In this document: positions 17,990 to 28,829 of the stretch, piece after piece
Numbering within the stretch: position 1 is the stretch's first letter
How the letters are laid out: every line of letters begins with the position of its first letter
Notes under the pieces: model-generated
What the model saw: the letters and a program-made list of their open reading frames with translations, nothing else
Databases searched by the model: none
Told to the model about the DNA's origin: nothing
Made by a program: the position numbers and the translations under genes
Origin: a virus
Virus record (IMG/VR): IMGVR_UViG_3300028859_000013
Location: 1-64,000 of that record
DNA length: 64,000 bases
Strand: one strand, 5' to 3'

Positions 17990-18170
17990 TTATTTCATTT
18001 ATTTTTTCTTTTCTTAAAATTATATTTGCATTTTTATAATAATCTATAAAAATGTTTTTATATATTATAAACAATTCTATTCTTAGATCGATATTTTTAT
18101 TTATAAGTCTTTTTTTAGCATCAATTGAATATAGTTTATATGCTATATTATCTATATCTGTTATTTTCAT
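17973..18170 (-). CDS. Small protein with LRKEKINEI motif
   Basis: 65-aa ORF overlapping its neighbours. Confidence 0.65.
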   Translation of the reverse strand: MKITDIDNIAYKLYSIDAKKRLINKNIDLRIELFIIYKNIFIDYYKNANIILRKEKINEINEKLL

Positions 18171-18496
18171 TTATATATTTCTGTTAATTTATTTTTTCTT
18201 AATTTTCTCAATTTCGTAATTCCATCGATTTTAATTACAAAACTCATTATCGTTGAACAAGAATTATCTGGCATATAAATATATAAATCAATATATATGA
18301 ACTTATCTATATCAAAAATATTATTTGAGTTATCACATGTAACTTTAATTTTATTTATATTATTATATTTATGATTATTTAAAAATGTATAAAATTGATA
18401 TTTAATAAAATCTCTTGAAATTTTATTATTTTCATATATAATTAAATCATCTAATAAATTATAAATATCATTTTGTATAGTTTGTATGTTTATCAT
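18167..18496 (-). CDS. Hypothetical protein with LRKNKLTEI motif
   Basis: 109-aa ORF. Confidence 0.65.
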   Translation of the reverse strand: MINIQTIQNDIYNLLDDLIIYENNKISRDFIKYQFYTFLNNHKYNNINKIKVTCDNSNNIFDIDKFIYIDLYIYMPDNSCSTIMSFVIKIDGITKLRKLRKNKLTEIYK

Positions 18497-19451
18497 TATA
18501 ATATTCTTTTAATAATCTATTTTTATCAATTGATACTACTCCAACTTTTTCACATGCTATTCCTCCTGCTAAGTTTGAGATTTTTGTAATTTCTTCTATA
18601 TCTATATCATTTATTAACATAGATACAACTGAAATTACGCTATCTCCGCAGCCAGACGGATCGACAATATTTCTTGATGTGGTAGGAACTATTTTACTAA
18701 TTATTTTCTTTTCTTTTTTATAAGAAATGAAAATTCCATTTTCTGATAATGTAATAAATATAATATTGATTCCTCTGTTATGTAATATTATAGAACCTTT
18801 TTTAAGTAGTTCATTTTTGTATGATATATTTAAATTTATACTTTCTTTAAATTCTTTAAAATTTGGTTTGAATAATTCTATATTTTTGTAGTAGTTGAAA
18901 TTTTTTTTCTTAGGATCAACTAATATAGAAGTGTTTAATAAATTCGCTTTTTCTATTATAATATTTATAATGTTTTTATTTAAAACTCCTTTATCATAAT
19001 CTTGAAATAAAATACAATCTACTTTTTCTGATGCTATTGCAGATATTACTAATGATATAAATTTATCAGAATCTTCTTTTAAATCTTCTTTTATTTCTTC
19101 ATCAATTCTTAATATTTGATGATTATTTCCAATTATTCTTGTTTTGTTTGTTGTAATTCTATTTTTTGATTGGTAAATATAATTAATTAAAATATCTTGT
19201 TCTTTTAATAAAGATAATAATATTTCGCCATTTTGGTCTTTTCCGATTACTGAACATAATATAGGAGTACCTCCAAGATTTTTTATATTAGATGCTACAT
19301 TTGCGGCACCACCTAATTTATTTTCTTTGTTTATTATATCTACAATTGGAACAGGTGCTTCAGGAGAAATTCTTTCTACATTTCCAAAAAAATAAGAATC
19401 AAGCATGATGTCACCTATGATTAATATTTTTTTATTTTTAAATAACTTCAT
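18468..19451 (-). CDS. hldE: Heptose-7-phosphate kinase (RfaE/HldE kinase domain, PfkB family)
   Basis: IGDIMLD.Y..G.VERISPEAPVP, GGAANVA, TTNKTR, DYDKG, VDPK, PNFKE and DPSGCGD motifs. AAAC-N16-TATATA at 19475-19500. Confidence 0.9.
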   Translation of the reverse strand: MKLFKNKKILIIGDIMLDSYFFGNVERISPEAPVPIVDIINKENKLGGAANVASNIKNLGGTPILCSVIGKDQNGEILLSLLKEQDILINYIYQSKNRITTNKTRIIGNNHQILRIDEEIKEDLKEDSDKFISLVISAIASEKVDCILFQDYDKGVLNKNIINIIIEKANLLNTSILVDPKKKNFNYYKNIELFKPNFKEFKESINLNISYKNELLKKGSIILHNRGINIIFITLSENGIFISYKKEKKIISKIVPTTSRNIVDPSGCGDSVISVVSMLINDIDIEEITKISNLAGGIACEKVGVVSIDKNRLLKEYYNDKHTNYTK

Positions 19452-19508
19452 TTATAAATATTCATTTATGAGTTTATATAAATATTTATAAAAAAAGTTT
19501 TATTATAA

Positions 19509-21353
19509 TTATGCAAATACTGTACCTCCAATTGTTATTCCACCACTAGCAAGTAATTTATTTCTATATCCAATATTAGTTCCTGCTCCATAAGCTTTTG
19601 CTGATGCAGCAGTGAATTTTATTATATTTTTTGGAACTTTTGGTAATATATAAATTGCGGCTTGGAATATACTAGTTTGATTTTTTGCATTGGGGCCATC
19701 TATGAAATTTTTACTCGGTCTGTGTCCATTTGCATTTGTACCAGTAACTGATTGAAATTGACTTTTTGCTGTTAATGTTTCATATACACTATTATTACTT
19801 CCTTTGGATCTAGATCTATTTAACATTACTGCCATACACCATGCTCTTTCTTCTGTGTTATGAGATGCTTCTGCATATACTGCTTTTATTAACATATTCC
19901 ATTCAACTGCACTCATAATTCTACCTAAATATGTATCTGCTGATTTTTTTGCTAATGCTGAACTAGCAGAATCTCCAACAACAATAGGTGAACCATATAT
20001 ATCTTCCAATGATACATTATTATTTACATCACATGGAGTATTTGATGTCGGTGCTGTATATGAACTTCCTTTATATTGACCTGACCCTGTATTAGTACCT
20101 TTTTGTACATCTCCTGTTCTTGTGGGCCATGTGAAATATAATTCAGGATCAATTTTTTTATTAGCTGGAGTTATTACAGCAAAATGTAAATGCGGACCAG
20201 TTGTGTGACCTCCTGTATTTCCAACTAATCCTATTGGATTACCTCGTTTCACAGTATCATTTACATTAACTAAAAATTTACTTAAATGACAATATCCAGT
20301 TGTGAAACCATTAGTATGCTTTATTTTAATTGTATTACCACCACCATATTGACTATCAAATGATGCAGATTCTACAGTTCCATCAAATGGACTAAATATC
20401 ATAGTACCTATTGGTGCTGCTATGTCTATACCTGCATGAAATGTTATTCCTTCTCCTTTTAGTTGTCTAGGCCCAAATCTACAAGATATTCTAACACCTA
20501 ATAATGGAAGAGTCATCTCAGAACTTGTTGGTACATAATCTGTCACGTTAGTGGCTTTTAATTCTTCACAACCAGCGGAATTTAATGCATTTACACGATT
20601 TAATAAATTAGTATAATCTGAGTCTTTTGGTAATACTAAATCAACATCATTTATATTGCTATTAGTGTCACATGGTCTTTCTGCGCTAATAACTGCATTA
20701 TTATCAACAATTTTAACATTTCTTGATACGAAATTTTCTCTTAATGATGTATATTCATCACATATTGCATCGAGTTTTGTTTTAAGAATAGGACCCATTG
20801 AGCTATCAAACATGGATAATGGATTTCTAAATTCGTTTATAAATGTATCCATCCAATTGAAAAATCTGGTACCTAACACTGCTTCTTGTCCTGCTTCTTT
20901 TGAACCTAAATTTAAAGTTCTTGTGTTATCTTTAAGTTCAATATTTATTGCATCTCTTTCAATTGATATTTTATTATAGTAGTAATCAAGAGATAATGAT
21001 GTATCATCAGAATATATTTGAGTTCTATCATCGTATAATAGTGCAGTGAATCTTGTATATTCATCATCGCTCAATCCAGTTAATCTTGTTTGAAGATTGA
21101 TATTATAATTTTCTGAATATATATAATAAGGTGAATATAAATCATCAGATAAAAATAATATATTAACTAGTTTACCAACCGCTGGAACTGAAAATTCTTT
21201 TCCACTTAAACTTCCGAATGGATACGCCCATGGAATATCATCAACAGATATACTATGATATAATGTTTGTACTCTTACTTTTATTCTACCTTTTTTGGTA
21301 GAATCTATATTTTCTTCTACTACTCCAACGTAAAAATCCCTTAATAATTCCAT
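19509..21353 (-). CDS. gp5-like baseplate spike: OB-fold, M23 peptidase and SleB-like cell-wall hydrolase
   Basis: GRIKVRV..DDIPWA..VPAVG (Gp5 OB). HAGIDIA, YCHL, GNTG..TGPHLHF (M23). AVYAEA..AVMLNR..QFQSV (Hydrolase_2). Confidence 0.85.
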   Translation of the reverse strand: MELLRDFYVGVVEENIDSTKKGRIKVRVQTLYHSISVDDIPWAYPFGSLSGKEFSVPAVGKLVNILFLSDDLYSPYYIYSENYNINLQTRLTGLSDDEYTRFTALLYDDRTQIYSDDTSLSLDYYYNKISIERDAINIELKDNTRTLNLGSKEAGQEAVLGTRFFNWMDTFINEFRNPLSMFDSSMGPILKTKLDAICDEYTSLRENFVSRNVKIVDNNAVISAERPCDTNSNINDVDLVLPKDSDYTNLLNRVNALNSAGCEELKATNVTDYVPTSSEMTLPLLGVRISCRFGPRQLKGEGITFHAGIDIAAPIGTMIFSPFDGTVESASFDSQYGGGNTIKIKHTNGFTTGYCHLSKFLVNVNDTVKRGNPIGLVGNTGGHTTGPHLHFAVITPANKKIDPELYFTWPTRTGDVQKGTNTGSGQYKGSSYTAPTSNTPCDVNNNVSLEDIYGSPIVVGDSASSALAKKSADTYLGRIMSAVEWNMLIKAVYAEASHNTEERAWCMAVMLNRSRSKGSNNSVYETLTAKSQFQSVTGTNANGHRPSKNFIDGPNAKNQTSIFQAAIYILPKVPKNIIKFTAASAKAYGAGTNIGYRNKLLASGGITIGGTVFA

Positions 21354-21372
21354 TTATTTTATTTTATTTTAT

Positions 21373-22830
21373 TTAAAAATTTAAAGCAGATTTTGTTTCA
21401 TCAACAAAATCATTTATTAATCCAGATGCTAATTCTTTTCCAAGATTTTTAACACTAGTTCTATTATTAAAATCAGAACTATAAACATTATCTGGCTCAA
21501 TTTTATTTATATTAGTTGAATTTGTAAATTGATTTAATAAGCCATTGACCGCTGATCCTCTAGTTTCTCTTAATGATGTTTCAAGACTTGATATATAATT
21601 TGATCCAACTGTGCTAATAGTAGATTGTGCTTTAGTCATTAAACTATTCATAAAACCTTTACTTGTAGAAGAACTATTATTTTTAGTCTGTTGCGTAATA
21701 TTAAAATAATCTGTAGCATCTGATGCACTTGTTATAATATTATCTTCATAAGGTTGGATTATATAACTTTCTTTAATTAATGGAAAACTACTTGATCTTT
21801 CTACAGATTTATAATAAATATCAAATGATAGAGTCGATGGAATATTTGATGAACTTGTTCCGTAACCCCCTATTGTAATATCATCTCCATAATTTTTACT
21901 TTCAAGAAAATTAAAATTACAATCATTTAAAGTATATATTATTGTTGATTTACTTGATACAGAATTTTTAACATTATTGCTAATATTGCTTGTATCAATA
22001 GATGTATTATTAGATGATGTTGAGTTATTTTGTGGTATAGTAAAATTTCTCATATCATTAATTTGTATTTTCATATTAAATCTTAAAACATTTTCTGGAA
22101 ACATATATCTTTTATTTTTATAACTATAAATCATAGTATTGTATAATTCAGCTAAATACCAACCTATCATTGATATATCTTCATTTAATGTTATCGTAAT
22201 TTTATCTTCACCATATTTTATCATTTTATGATTTAAATTTCCTAATCCCTCAATTTTTGTTGCATAATATGATTTATCTGATATCCCTCTATTTGAATTG
22301 CTATATAAAGTAGTTTCAAATATTTTAAAAAAAGTGTTTCTAAATTCGTTCCAAATACCAACTCTATTTGTATAATCTGCAGAGTTTATAATATTATAAT
22401 TAGTTATAAAATATTGAAAGCTATTATTAGTTGTCTGACTGGTTACAAATAATGGAGAATTTTGATCAAAAAAAAGTTCAAAAGATGGAATAAAAGGATC
22501 TTCATAATAATAATCAATATCAGTACCTTTTAATGCTCTTTTAAATATGCTAGTATCATTATCCGCTAATGATTGTACATCTCTACCAAAACTGTTAGTA
22601 GTTCCATCAGAATTATACCAAAATTCTTCTGGTTTGGCATCAGACATATGATTAGGATCATATGCGTCAGTTTGATTTTGAGTTAATCCTAATGAACTAC
22701 CCAATGTACTATTCGCTAATTGACCTAATGCTGATTGATCAGAATATCCTTTAATATATTTTGCACTATTTTTACTTATATCATTAATATTATTTAATAC
22801 TTCACTAGCTGCTAATCCAATTATACTCAT
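21373..22830 (-). CDS. Putative virion structural protein (baseplate module)
   Basis: 485 aa, S/T/N-rich, located within the baseplate operon. Confidence 0.6.
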   Translation of the reverse strand: MSIIGLAASEVLNNINDISKNSAKYIKGYSDQSALGQLANSTLGSSLGLTQNQTDAYDPNHMSDAKPEEFWYNSDGTTNSFGRDVQSLADNDTSIFKRALKGTDIDYYYEDPFIPSFELFFDQNSPLFVTSQTTNNSFQYFITNYNIINSADYTNRVGIWNEFRNTFFKIFETTLYSNSNRGISDKSYYATKIEGLGNLNHKMIKYGEDKITITLNEDISMIGWYLAELYNTMIYSYKNKRYMFPENVLRFNMKIQINDMRNFTIPQNNSTSSNNTSIDTSNISNNVKNSVSSKSTIIYTLNDCNFNFLESKNYGDDITIGGYGTSSSNIPSTLSFDIYYKSVERSSSFPLIKESYIIQPYEDNIITSASDATDYFNITQQTKNNSSSTSKGFMNSLMTKAQSTISTVGSNYISSLETSLRETRGSAVNGLLNQFTNSTNINKIEPDNVYSSDFNNRTSVKNLGKELASGLINDFVDETKSALNF

Positions 22831-22837
22831 AATTTAT

Positions 22838-24301
22838 TTATGTTGTTTTTATTCCTGTGCTAATAGTTGTTCCACCAGCATTATTTGATCCTGCTAATGC
22901 AGAAAAATCATGTTGCTCATTATTTCCATTACCATAGTCTACATTTAAATCTCTTCTCATTAGAATAATTTCTTGCTTTACTCCTTCGTTATATTCAAAT
23001 ATATAATTTATACCAGTAACAAACCAATATCCAGATAATTTAGTATTTACATTATTTAATGGTTTTTTAGTGTTCGCATTACTTGAAAATAAATCATTTG
23101 GATTAAATATTTCAACTTTGATATTTTGAAATCTTTTTATAGATAAATTTAATACGTCTAATGTAAGAATTAATTTCATTTTTTCCATAGAAACTAAATT
23201 ATATTCATTAGAAAGTTTTGCATAATTATAATTTTCATGTACATTCTGATTATCCATTTTACCAATAAAATATTCATCATTAACGTTATCATTAAATATT
23301 TTAGATTGTTTATCTTTTAATATTTTTAATTGACTTCCTACTTTATTTTCATCTGTTTCTAAATCTATTATTTCTTTTTTTGTTACAGTATTTTCATTTT
23401 TTGTATACCAGGTACATAATGTTTGATAAGCTAATTCTAAATTTATACTAAATGATTGATTTATAATATTATATTTACTAAAATATTGATTACTTCCTTT
23501 TAGTCCATCATTATTACTTAAATATAATAATACAGGAATCTCATTTGCAACTTTTTCTAATTGGGTATTTGCTTGAATATGAGATTCATCTTTTATTATA
23601 CTATTTAGTTCCGCTTGAACATCTACATAATTTAAATTATAATAAAAATCAATAAATGTCCAAACAAATGATTGATCCGATACATATGAATATTTAGTTA
23701 TATCTTTAATGAATATGTGATTTTCATCACTTGGATTTATCCATTTCATAGAATCTGAACTATCTTGAATATTTGATGCAAATCCTAAATTCATTCTAAG
23801 TGCCAATTGTTTTATTGCTTGAAAACTTGTTGCATTTATTGATTCATAATTAGAATCATGTAAATCGTCTACGTCTAATATTCCTTTTATTAAAAATTGT
23901 AATGCTCCTACTTTAGGATCAGATTTTATAGTTTGGAATTCAGTTAATCTAAAATCCATTCTTATTGGCATGATTGTAGTGGAACTAACTTTAACAAAAA
24001 CACTTATAATTGTATCATGATCAAAAGGATAAAAATCAGTAAATAATACACCTAATGAATCTGTACAAAATAATTCTACCTCAGGTAAAAATCTATTATT
24101 ATATAATTTTAGAGATATTATATCTTTTGAATCAACTGTAGTTCCATTAAGAGGAGGATTACTAGTGTCATATAATTTGCTAATAAATACAAGAGGTACA
24201 TAATCAAGTGACTGTATAAAAACATCGGTAGCATCTTTATCATATAATTGAAAATTCAATTCTATTGTTTTAATTTTAGCTTTATCTGTAACTTGTATCA
24301 T
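22838..24301 (-). CDS. Putative baseplate hub protein (gp27-like)
   Basis: C-terminal LSGYWFVTGINY..F.....QEI.L.RR pattern. Sits upstream of the gp5-like gene. Confidence 0.6.
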   Translation of the reverse strand: MIQVTDKAKIKTIELNFQLYDKDATDVFIQSLDYVPLVFISKLYDTSNPPLNGTTVDSKDIISLKLYNNRFLPEVELFCTDSLGVLFTDFYPFDHDTIISVFVKVSSTTIMPIRMDFRLTEFQTIKSDPKVGALQFLIKGILDVDDLHDSNYESINATSFQAIKQLALRMNLGFASNIQDSSDSMKWINPSDENHIFIKDITKYSYVSDQSFVWTFIDFYYNLNYVDVQAELNSIIKDESHIQANTQLEKVANEIPVLLYLSNNDGLKGSNQYFSKYNIINQSFSINLELAYQTLCTWYTKNENTVTKKEIIDLETDENKVGSQLKILKDKQSKIFNDNVNDEYFIGKMDNQNVHENYNYAKLSNEYNLVSMEKMKLILTLDVLNLSIKRFQNIKVEIFNPNDLFSSNANTKKPLNNVNTKLSGYWFVTGINYIFEYNEGVKQEIILMRRDLNVDYGNGNNEQHDFSALAGSNNAGGTTISTGIKTT

Positions 24302-24315
24302 ATTTAAATGTTATT

Positions 24316-24801
24316 TTATTCAAAAGAATTTATTATTTTTATTTTGTTGTCATTAGTTACACTAATTTGATTTAATGTAGTTGGCTTAATAGTAAGTGGT
24401 AAATTTTCATTATTAGATAAATTCTTTTTATTTCTATTTGTTTGAATAGAATTTATTAATGCCTGACGAGCTTTATCTTGTTGTGTAGGTATATCATCAG
24501 TTACATATAATTTAGATAAATCAGAATACTGACAATAATAAATATATTGACCTTCTTTAACAGAATACGGATTTATTAAGTCATTTAATATCATTAATTC
24601 TTCAACATAATCAGATGATCCATATATATAATTAGATATTGCATCTAATCTCATTTCATATTCACGTGGAACTATATATATTCTTTTAGATATAGTTAAT
24701 GTATTAACTATATTTTTTTGAAATATATCAAAAAGATTATTTTGATTAGGATCTCTTTTAATTAAATTGTTTCCATTGTCGTCAAATGATAGTATTTTCA
24801 T
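24316..24801 (-). CDS. Baseplate wedge protein with LysM-like motif (gp53-like)
   Basis: Y.V...EMRLDAISNYIYGS....EELMILN...NP..V..G. Confidence 0.7.
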   Translation of the reverse strand: MKILSFDDNGNNLIKRDPNQNNLFDIFQKNIVNTLTISKRIYIVPREYEMRLDAISNYIYGSSDYVEELMILNDLINPYSVKEGQYIYYCQYSDLSKLYVTDDIPTQQDKARQALINSIQTNRNKKNLSNNENLPLTIKPTTLNQISVTNDNKIKIINSFE

Positions 24802-26834
24802 TGTTGTATATTATTTGAATTTTTTAGTGAATTTAGCCATGCAGTATTTTGCTCAGCAGTACCAGTATAGTTTTCTATTCCTGATTGTTCTGCTAAGACT
24901 TTTCTTTGCTGAAAAGTATAATATGTACCAACATTTTGTCCTTGTGCGTTTTTACCTCCAGTTTGATTAAATAAATAATTTTCAATTGAACCTTGATCAT
25001 CAAATGCTGCTTTGCCAGGTACTTTAATATATTTCGCAGTAATAGTAACATTTGGTAAAACAACATCAGTTGCCTCTGTATCTGCGTTTGCTGATACTGT
25101 TTCACCATTATATTGTATTGGTGTTGTTGGAACTTTTGTGTATTCTCTTTTATATGTATTATTAAACATTCTCATTAACTCTTGTTTACCTAATGATCTA
25201 GAAAGTCCACACGTGAATTTTGCTGTTAATTTTTGTGGCATATCATTGAAACCCATTTCATTACTTGTTTCTAATGTGCATGTTTTTACTATTATATGAC
25301 TTGTATTTATCCAAGGAGAATATGGATTTCCTATCGTTAAATGCCAAGGAGCAGCACTATCTTGTCCTCCAGTCATCAATTCTATTGATCCTCTAAGTTC
25401 AAATCTATGTATTGCTACTGTACTTGTTAATATTGTTTGTATTACGCCTAATGCTGATTTTACAACTGTTGTTAATGCTGATGCGCCGTTTGCTGCTGCT
25501 GCGTTTAATGCTGCAGTTGCACTATTTTTTGCTGCTGATAATGAATCAGTTTTTCCTTTCTCATTGGCTTTATCAAGTAATGATTGATTATATGCTATGC
25601 TTTTTTGAGTTGTTTTATATTCATCACTATTTGCATTAGGAGATCCTTTAGCATAAAAATTTAAATTATGTTTTAATACCGCTATTTTATTTGTATAAGC
25701 ATTAATGTTTGCTTGATTTGATCTTGTTGCTGCTGCATTTGCTGATTGTGTAGCTTTATCTGTTTGAGCAAAAGTTGATAAATAATCTGCATTAGCAGTC
25801 AATCCTGATAATGTTTCTGTAAATAATGTTTTTAAAGTATTCCAAAATTTTTCAGTAATTGTTTTTACAAGATTCCACCACTCATTTATATTATTACCCC
25901 TTTTAGCTACAGCCCCTTTTGCTTCTTGTATAATTTGTGATGAGTCACTCCAGTAAAATGCCATATTTGATGTACCCATTGCATAAATATTATCTATTAT
26001 ATCTAGTAATGCAGAACCTGGATCCACATCTCCTATCAATTTTTGTTCATAAGTAGATATAAGTTCAAATTCAAATGAGGATCTTATATTTTGAACTTCT
26101 GCATTTCTATAAGGAGCTTCCTTTAATACGTTAGGATTTCCTACTGGTATATTATTAAGTCCCCATATATTTGTTGTTGGATCATCTGATTCATCATTCG
26201 CAGTATTTGATGTTGTTATACCCATTCTTTTATATATTTCAAATAACATACCTTGTGCAAAACTTGGAATAGGAATAAGATTAGCTACATCAATTTTTGT
26301 TACACTGTGGACAATTTCAGCAATTTTTTCATCAAATCTTTTATTCGTAACGTCCCAAGACTCATTAAAATTTATAGTACCAAAATTATCATCTGGTTTA
26401 ATCCAACCTACAATAGTTGATATTGGCTCTACGTTCATAAGTCCTAAATTTTCAGGTACAAAAACTCCTTCTGGAAATCTTCTAAGAATAGCCATTCTAT
26501 TTATAGGATATACTCCTAATTCTCTCAAATATGCAAAATCTGATGGTTTTAACCTTAATCCAGCACCTGGAGTGCCTGCAGTATTAGTAAATGTCGGATC
26601 TTTTAATATTTTAATATAAGGATTGCTACTATTTACCTCATTATTATATATATTTTCTTGTATGTAATTTTTTATATTTGCTGTACCTGCTACTATACTA
26701 CCTTGAACATTTTTTTTATATACTGTATACTTAGAATTAAAAATACTACGAGTATTTCCAACACTTGTATTATTTAATTGCGTTGTAGTATAATCATCAG
26801 AAAATAGAAAATCCATCTCGGAATAATGTGCCAT
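24798..26834 (-). CDS. Putative baseplate/tail protein with C-terminal DUF3597-like domain
   Basis: PWHLTIGNPY.P motif. C-terminal FQQRKVLAEQSGIENYTGTAEQNTAWLNSL. Confidence 0.6.
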   Translation of the reverse strand: MAHYSEMDFLFSDDYTTTQLNNTSVGNTRSIFNSKYTVYKKNVQGSIVAGTANIKNYIQENIYNNEVNSSNPYIKILKDPTFTNTAGTPGAGLRLKPSDFAYLRELGVYPINRMAILRRFPEGVFVPENLGLMNVEPISTIVGWIKPDDNFGTINFNESWDVTNKRFDEKIAEIVHSVTKIDVANLIPIPSFAQGMLFEIYKRMGITTSNTANDESDDPTTNIWGLNNIPVGNPNVLKEAPYRNAEVQNIRSSFEFELISTYEQKLIGDVDPGSALLDIIDNIYAMGTSNMAFYWSDSSQIIQEAKGAVAKRGNNINEWWNLVKTITEKFWNTLKTLFTETLSGLTANADYLSTFAQTDKATQSANAAATRSNQANINAYTNKIAVLKHNLNFYAKGSPNANSDEYKTTQKSIAYNQSLLDKANEKGKTDSLSAAKNSATAALNAAAANGASALTTVVKSALGVIQTILTSTVAIHRFELRGSIELMTGGQDSAAPWHLTIGNPYSPWINTSHIIVKTCTLETSNEMGFNDMPQKLTAKFTCGLSRSLGKQELMRMFNNTYKREYTKVPTTPIQYNGETVSANADTEATDVVLPNVTITAKYIKVPGKAAFDDQGSIENYLFNQTGGKNAQGQNVGTYYTFQQRKVLAEQSGIENYTGTAEQNTAWLNSLKNSNNIQQ

Positions 26835-26882
26835 TTTATTTATATATTTTTTTGTATATATAAAAAAATCTTCTGTGGATTA

Positions 26883-27284
26883 TTAATAATCCCTAATTAT
26901 TTGAATAGAGTCAAATAACGATATACTTGATAATAAATCATCAAATAATTTCTGATTATCTTTAAAATCTTCATAAAAAAAAAGTAAGTTGAAATTAATT
27001 TTTCCTATTAAATTTTCTTTGATTTGAAATATATCATCTATTTCTAATGTGTTTATTTTATATAAATTTGGAATATAATATACATCTTTACTTTTTCTTA
27101 TAGTTTGAGATATCTTTGTATAAATTATAAGATTGAAATATTCTTTCCATTCATTAACATCTTCTAAGCCATGATCTTCTAATTGCTGTTTGATGTCTAT
27201 TATCGTTTTATTACGAATTTTATTAATTTTAATATACTTATCAAGTTTTTTTCTATTTTTAACGAACACTATGTAGAATTCCAT
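26883..27284 (-). CDS. Hypothetical protein
   Basis: 133-aa ORF. Confidence 0.7.
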   Translation of the reverse strand: MEFYIVFVKNRKKLDKYIKINKIRNKTIIDIKQQLEDHGLEDVNEWKEYFNLIIYTKISQTIRKSKDVYYIPNLYKINTLEIDDIFQIKENLIGKINFNLLFFYEDFKDNQKLFDDLLSSISLFDSIQIIRDY

Positions 27285-27518
27285 AAATCTTATAATATTA
27301 ATTTTGAATTATATATATTTTCAATAGGGTTCAATTCAAAAATAATATTTTATTATATTTAAAACTTTTATTGTTTTTTTATCTAAAAATAATACATAAC
27401 TTAATATAAAAGATATGCAACTATAACAATGGTATTTATGAAAATTAATTTATAAAAAACTTTTCATGTATTTTTTATTACAATATGATTGTTACAATAA
27501 AAAAAATAAAAATCAAAA

Positions 27519-28763
27519 ATGGCAAAAAAAACCACACAAACTTCACAAAAAAATAGTTTTGATTTTTCGAATATTTCTGGATTGATTGATACTATGTCAA
27601 AAAAAGAAATTATTTCAATTGAAGATTTTGAAAAAGAAAAAAGTTTTATTTCAACTGGAGTGTATATTTTAGATGCGTTATTATCTAAAAGTATTTTACA
27701 TGGAGGTATATCTAATAATAGAATAACACTGTTGGCTGGGCCAAAACAAACAGGTAAATCGTTTCTTTCTCTAAACATAGCTAGAAATGCTCAAAAATTA
27801 GGATATAATATTATATGGATTGATACTGAATTTTCTATTGAAAAATCAGATTTTGATATGTATGGAATTGATACATCAGATTCTAATAAATTTATGTTAA
27901 TTAGAACTAATATAGTAGAAAAAATTAAAATGTTTATGACTTCTATGCTAGATGATATGACAAAATTAAAAGAAAAAGGTATGGATGTTTCTAAAACAAT
28001 TTTCTTTTTAGATTCAATTGGTATGCTATCATCAGAAAAAGAAAAGGCTGATACTCTTAAATTAGATATTAAACAAGATATGACACGTGCAAAACAAATA
28101 AAATCTCTTGTTAGACTTATAACAAATGACTTAGGATATTTGTCAATACCTCTTGTAGCAACGAATCATATTTATTTAACTCAAGATATGTTTCCTCAAA
28201 CTATCATGTCAGGTGGAGAAGGCTTGTATTATGCAGCTAGTAGTATAGTATTTTTAAGTGATGCAAAATTGAAAACTGGAGAAGAAGATGAAATGGATCT
28301 TGGACGCTCTGGTTCTATTATTACTGCAAAAGCAGGTAAAAATAGATTAGCTAAACCTAAGAAAGTTAAATTCGAAATTGATCATACAAAAGGTATTAAT
28401 CCATTTAAAGGTTTAGATCTGTTTTGTACACCTGAAAATTTTGATAAAATTGGAATTGCAAAAGTTAAACCAGTTGTAAATAAAGAAACAGGAGAAATAA
28501 CTTATCAATCATCTAATAGATGGTATGTTAAACATTTAGATAAAGCAGTCGCTACTGCTCAATTATTTAATAGAAAAGTATTTACGCAAGAAGTATTAGA
28601 AAAAATGGACCCAATAATTTATGATTATTTTAAATATCCATCATATGAAGAATGTATGAAAGAATTAGATGAAATTGATGAAAGATTGAACGAATTAGAA
28701 GATAAAGATATGCTAACTTCCGAAGAATTCGATATTGATTCAGATGATACATTATTTACTTAA
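27519..28763 (+). CDS. uvsX: UvsX/RecA-like recombinase
   Basis: FISTG...LD.LL, GPKQTGKS, IDTE, FLDSIG, DMTRAK, TNH.Y, MSGG.G..YAAS and KNR motifs. Confidence 0.9.
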   Translation: MAKKTTQTSQKNSFDFSNISGLIDTMSKKEIISIEDFEKEKSFISTGVYILDALLSKSILHGGISNNRITLLAGPKQTGKSFLSLNIARNAQKLGYNIIWIDTEFSIEKSDFDMYGIDTSDSNKFMLIRTNIVEKIKMFMTSMLDDMTKLKEKGMDVSKTIFFLDSIGMLSSEKEKADTLKLDIKQDMTRAKQIKSLVRLITNDLGYLSIPLVATNHIYLTQDMFPQTIMSGGEGLYYAASSIVFLSDAKLKTGEEDEMDLGRSGSIITAKAGKNRLAKPKKVKFEIDHTKGINPFKGLDLFCTPENFDKIGIAKVKPVVNKETGEITYQSSNRWYVKHLDKAVATAQLFNRKVFTQEVLEKMDPIIYDYFKYPSYEECMKELDEIDERLNELEDKDMLTSEEFDIDSDDTLFT

Positions 28764-28829
28764 ATATAAATAATAATTAAAAAATAGATAATAAATAAAC
28801 AATAATAAAAATTTAATATAGTACTTTAT

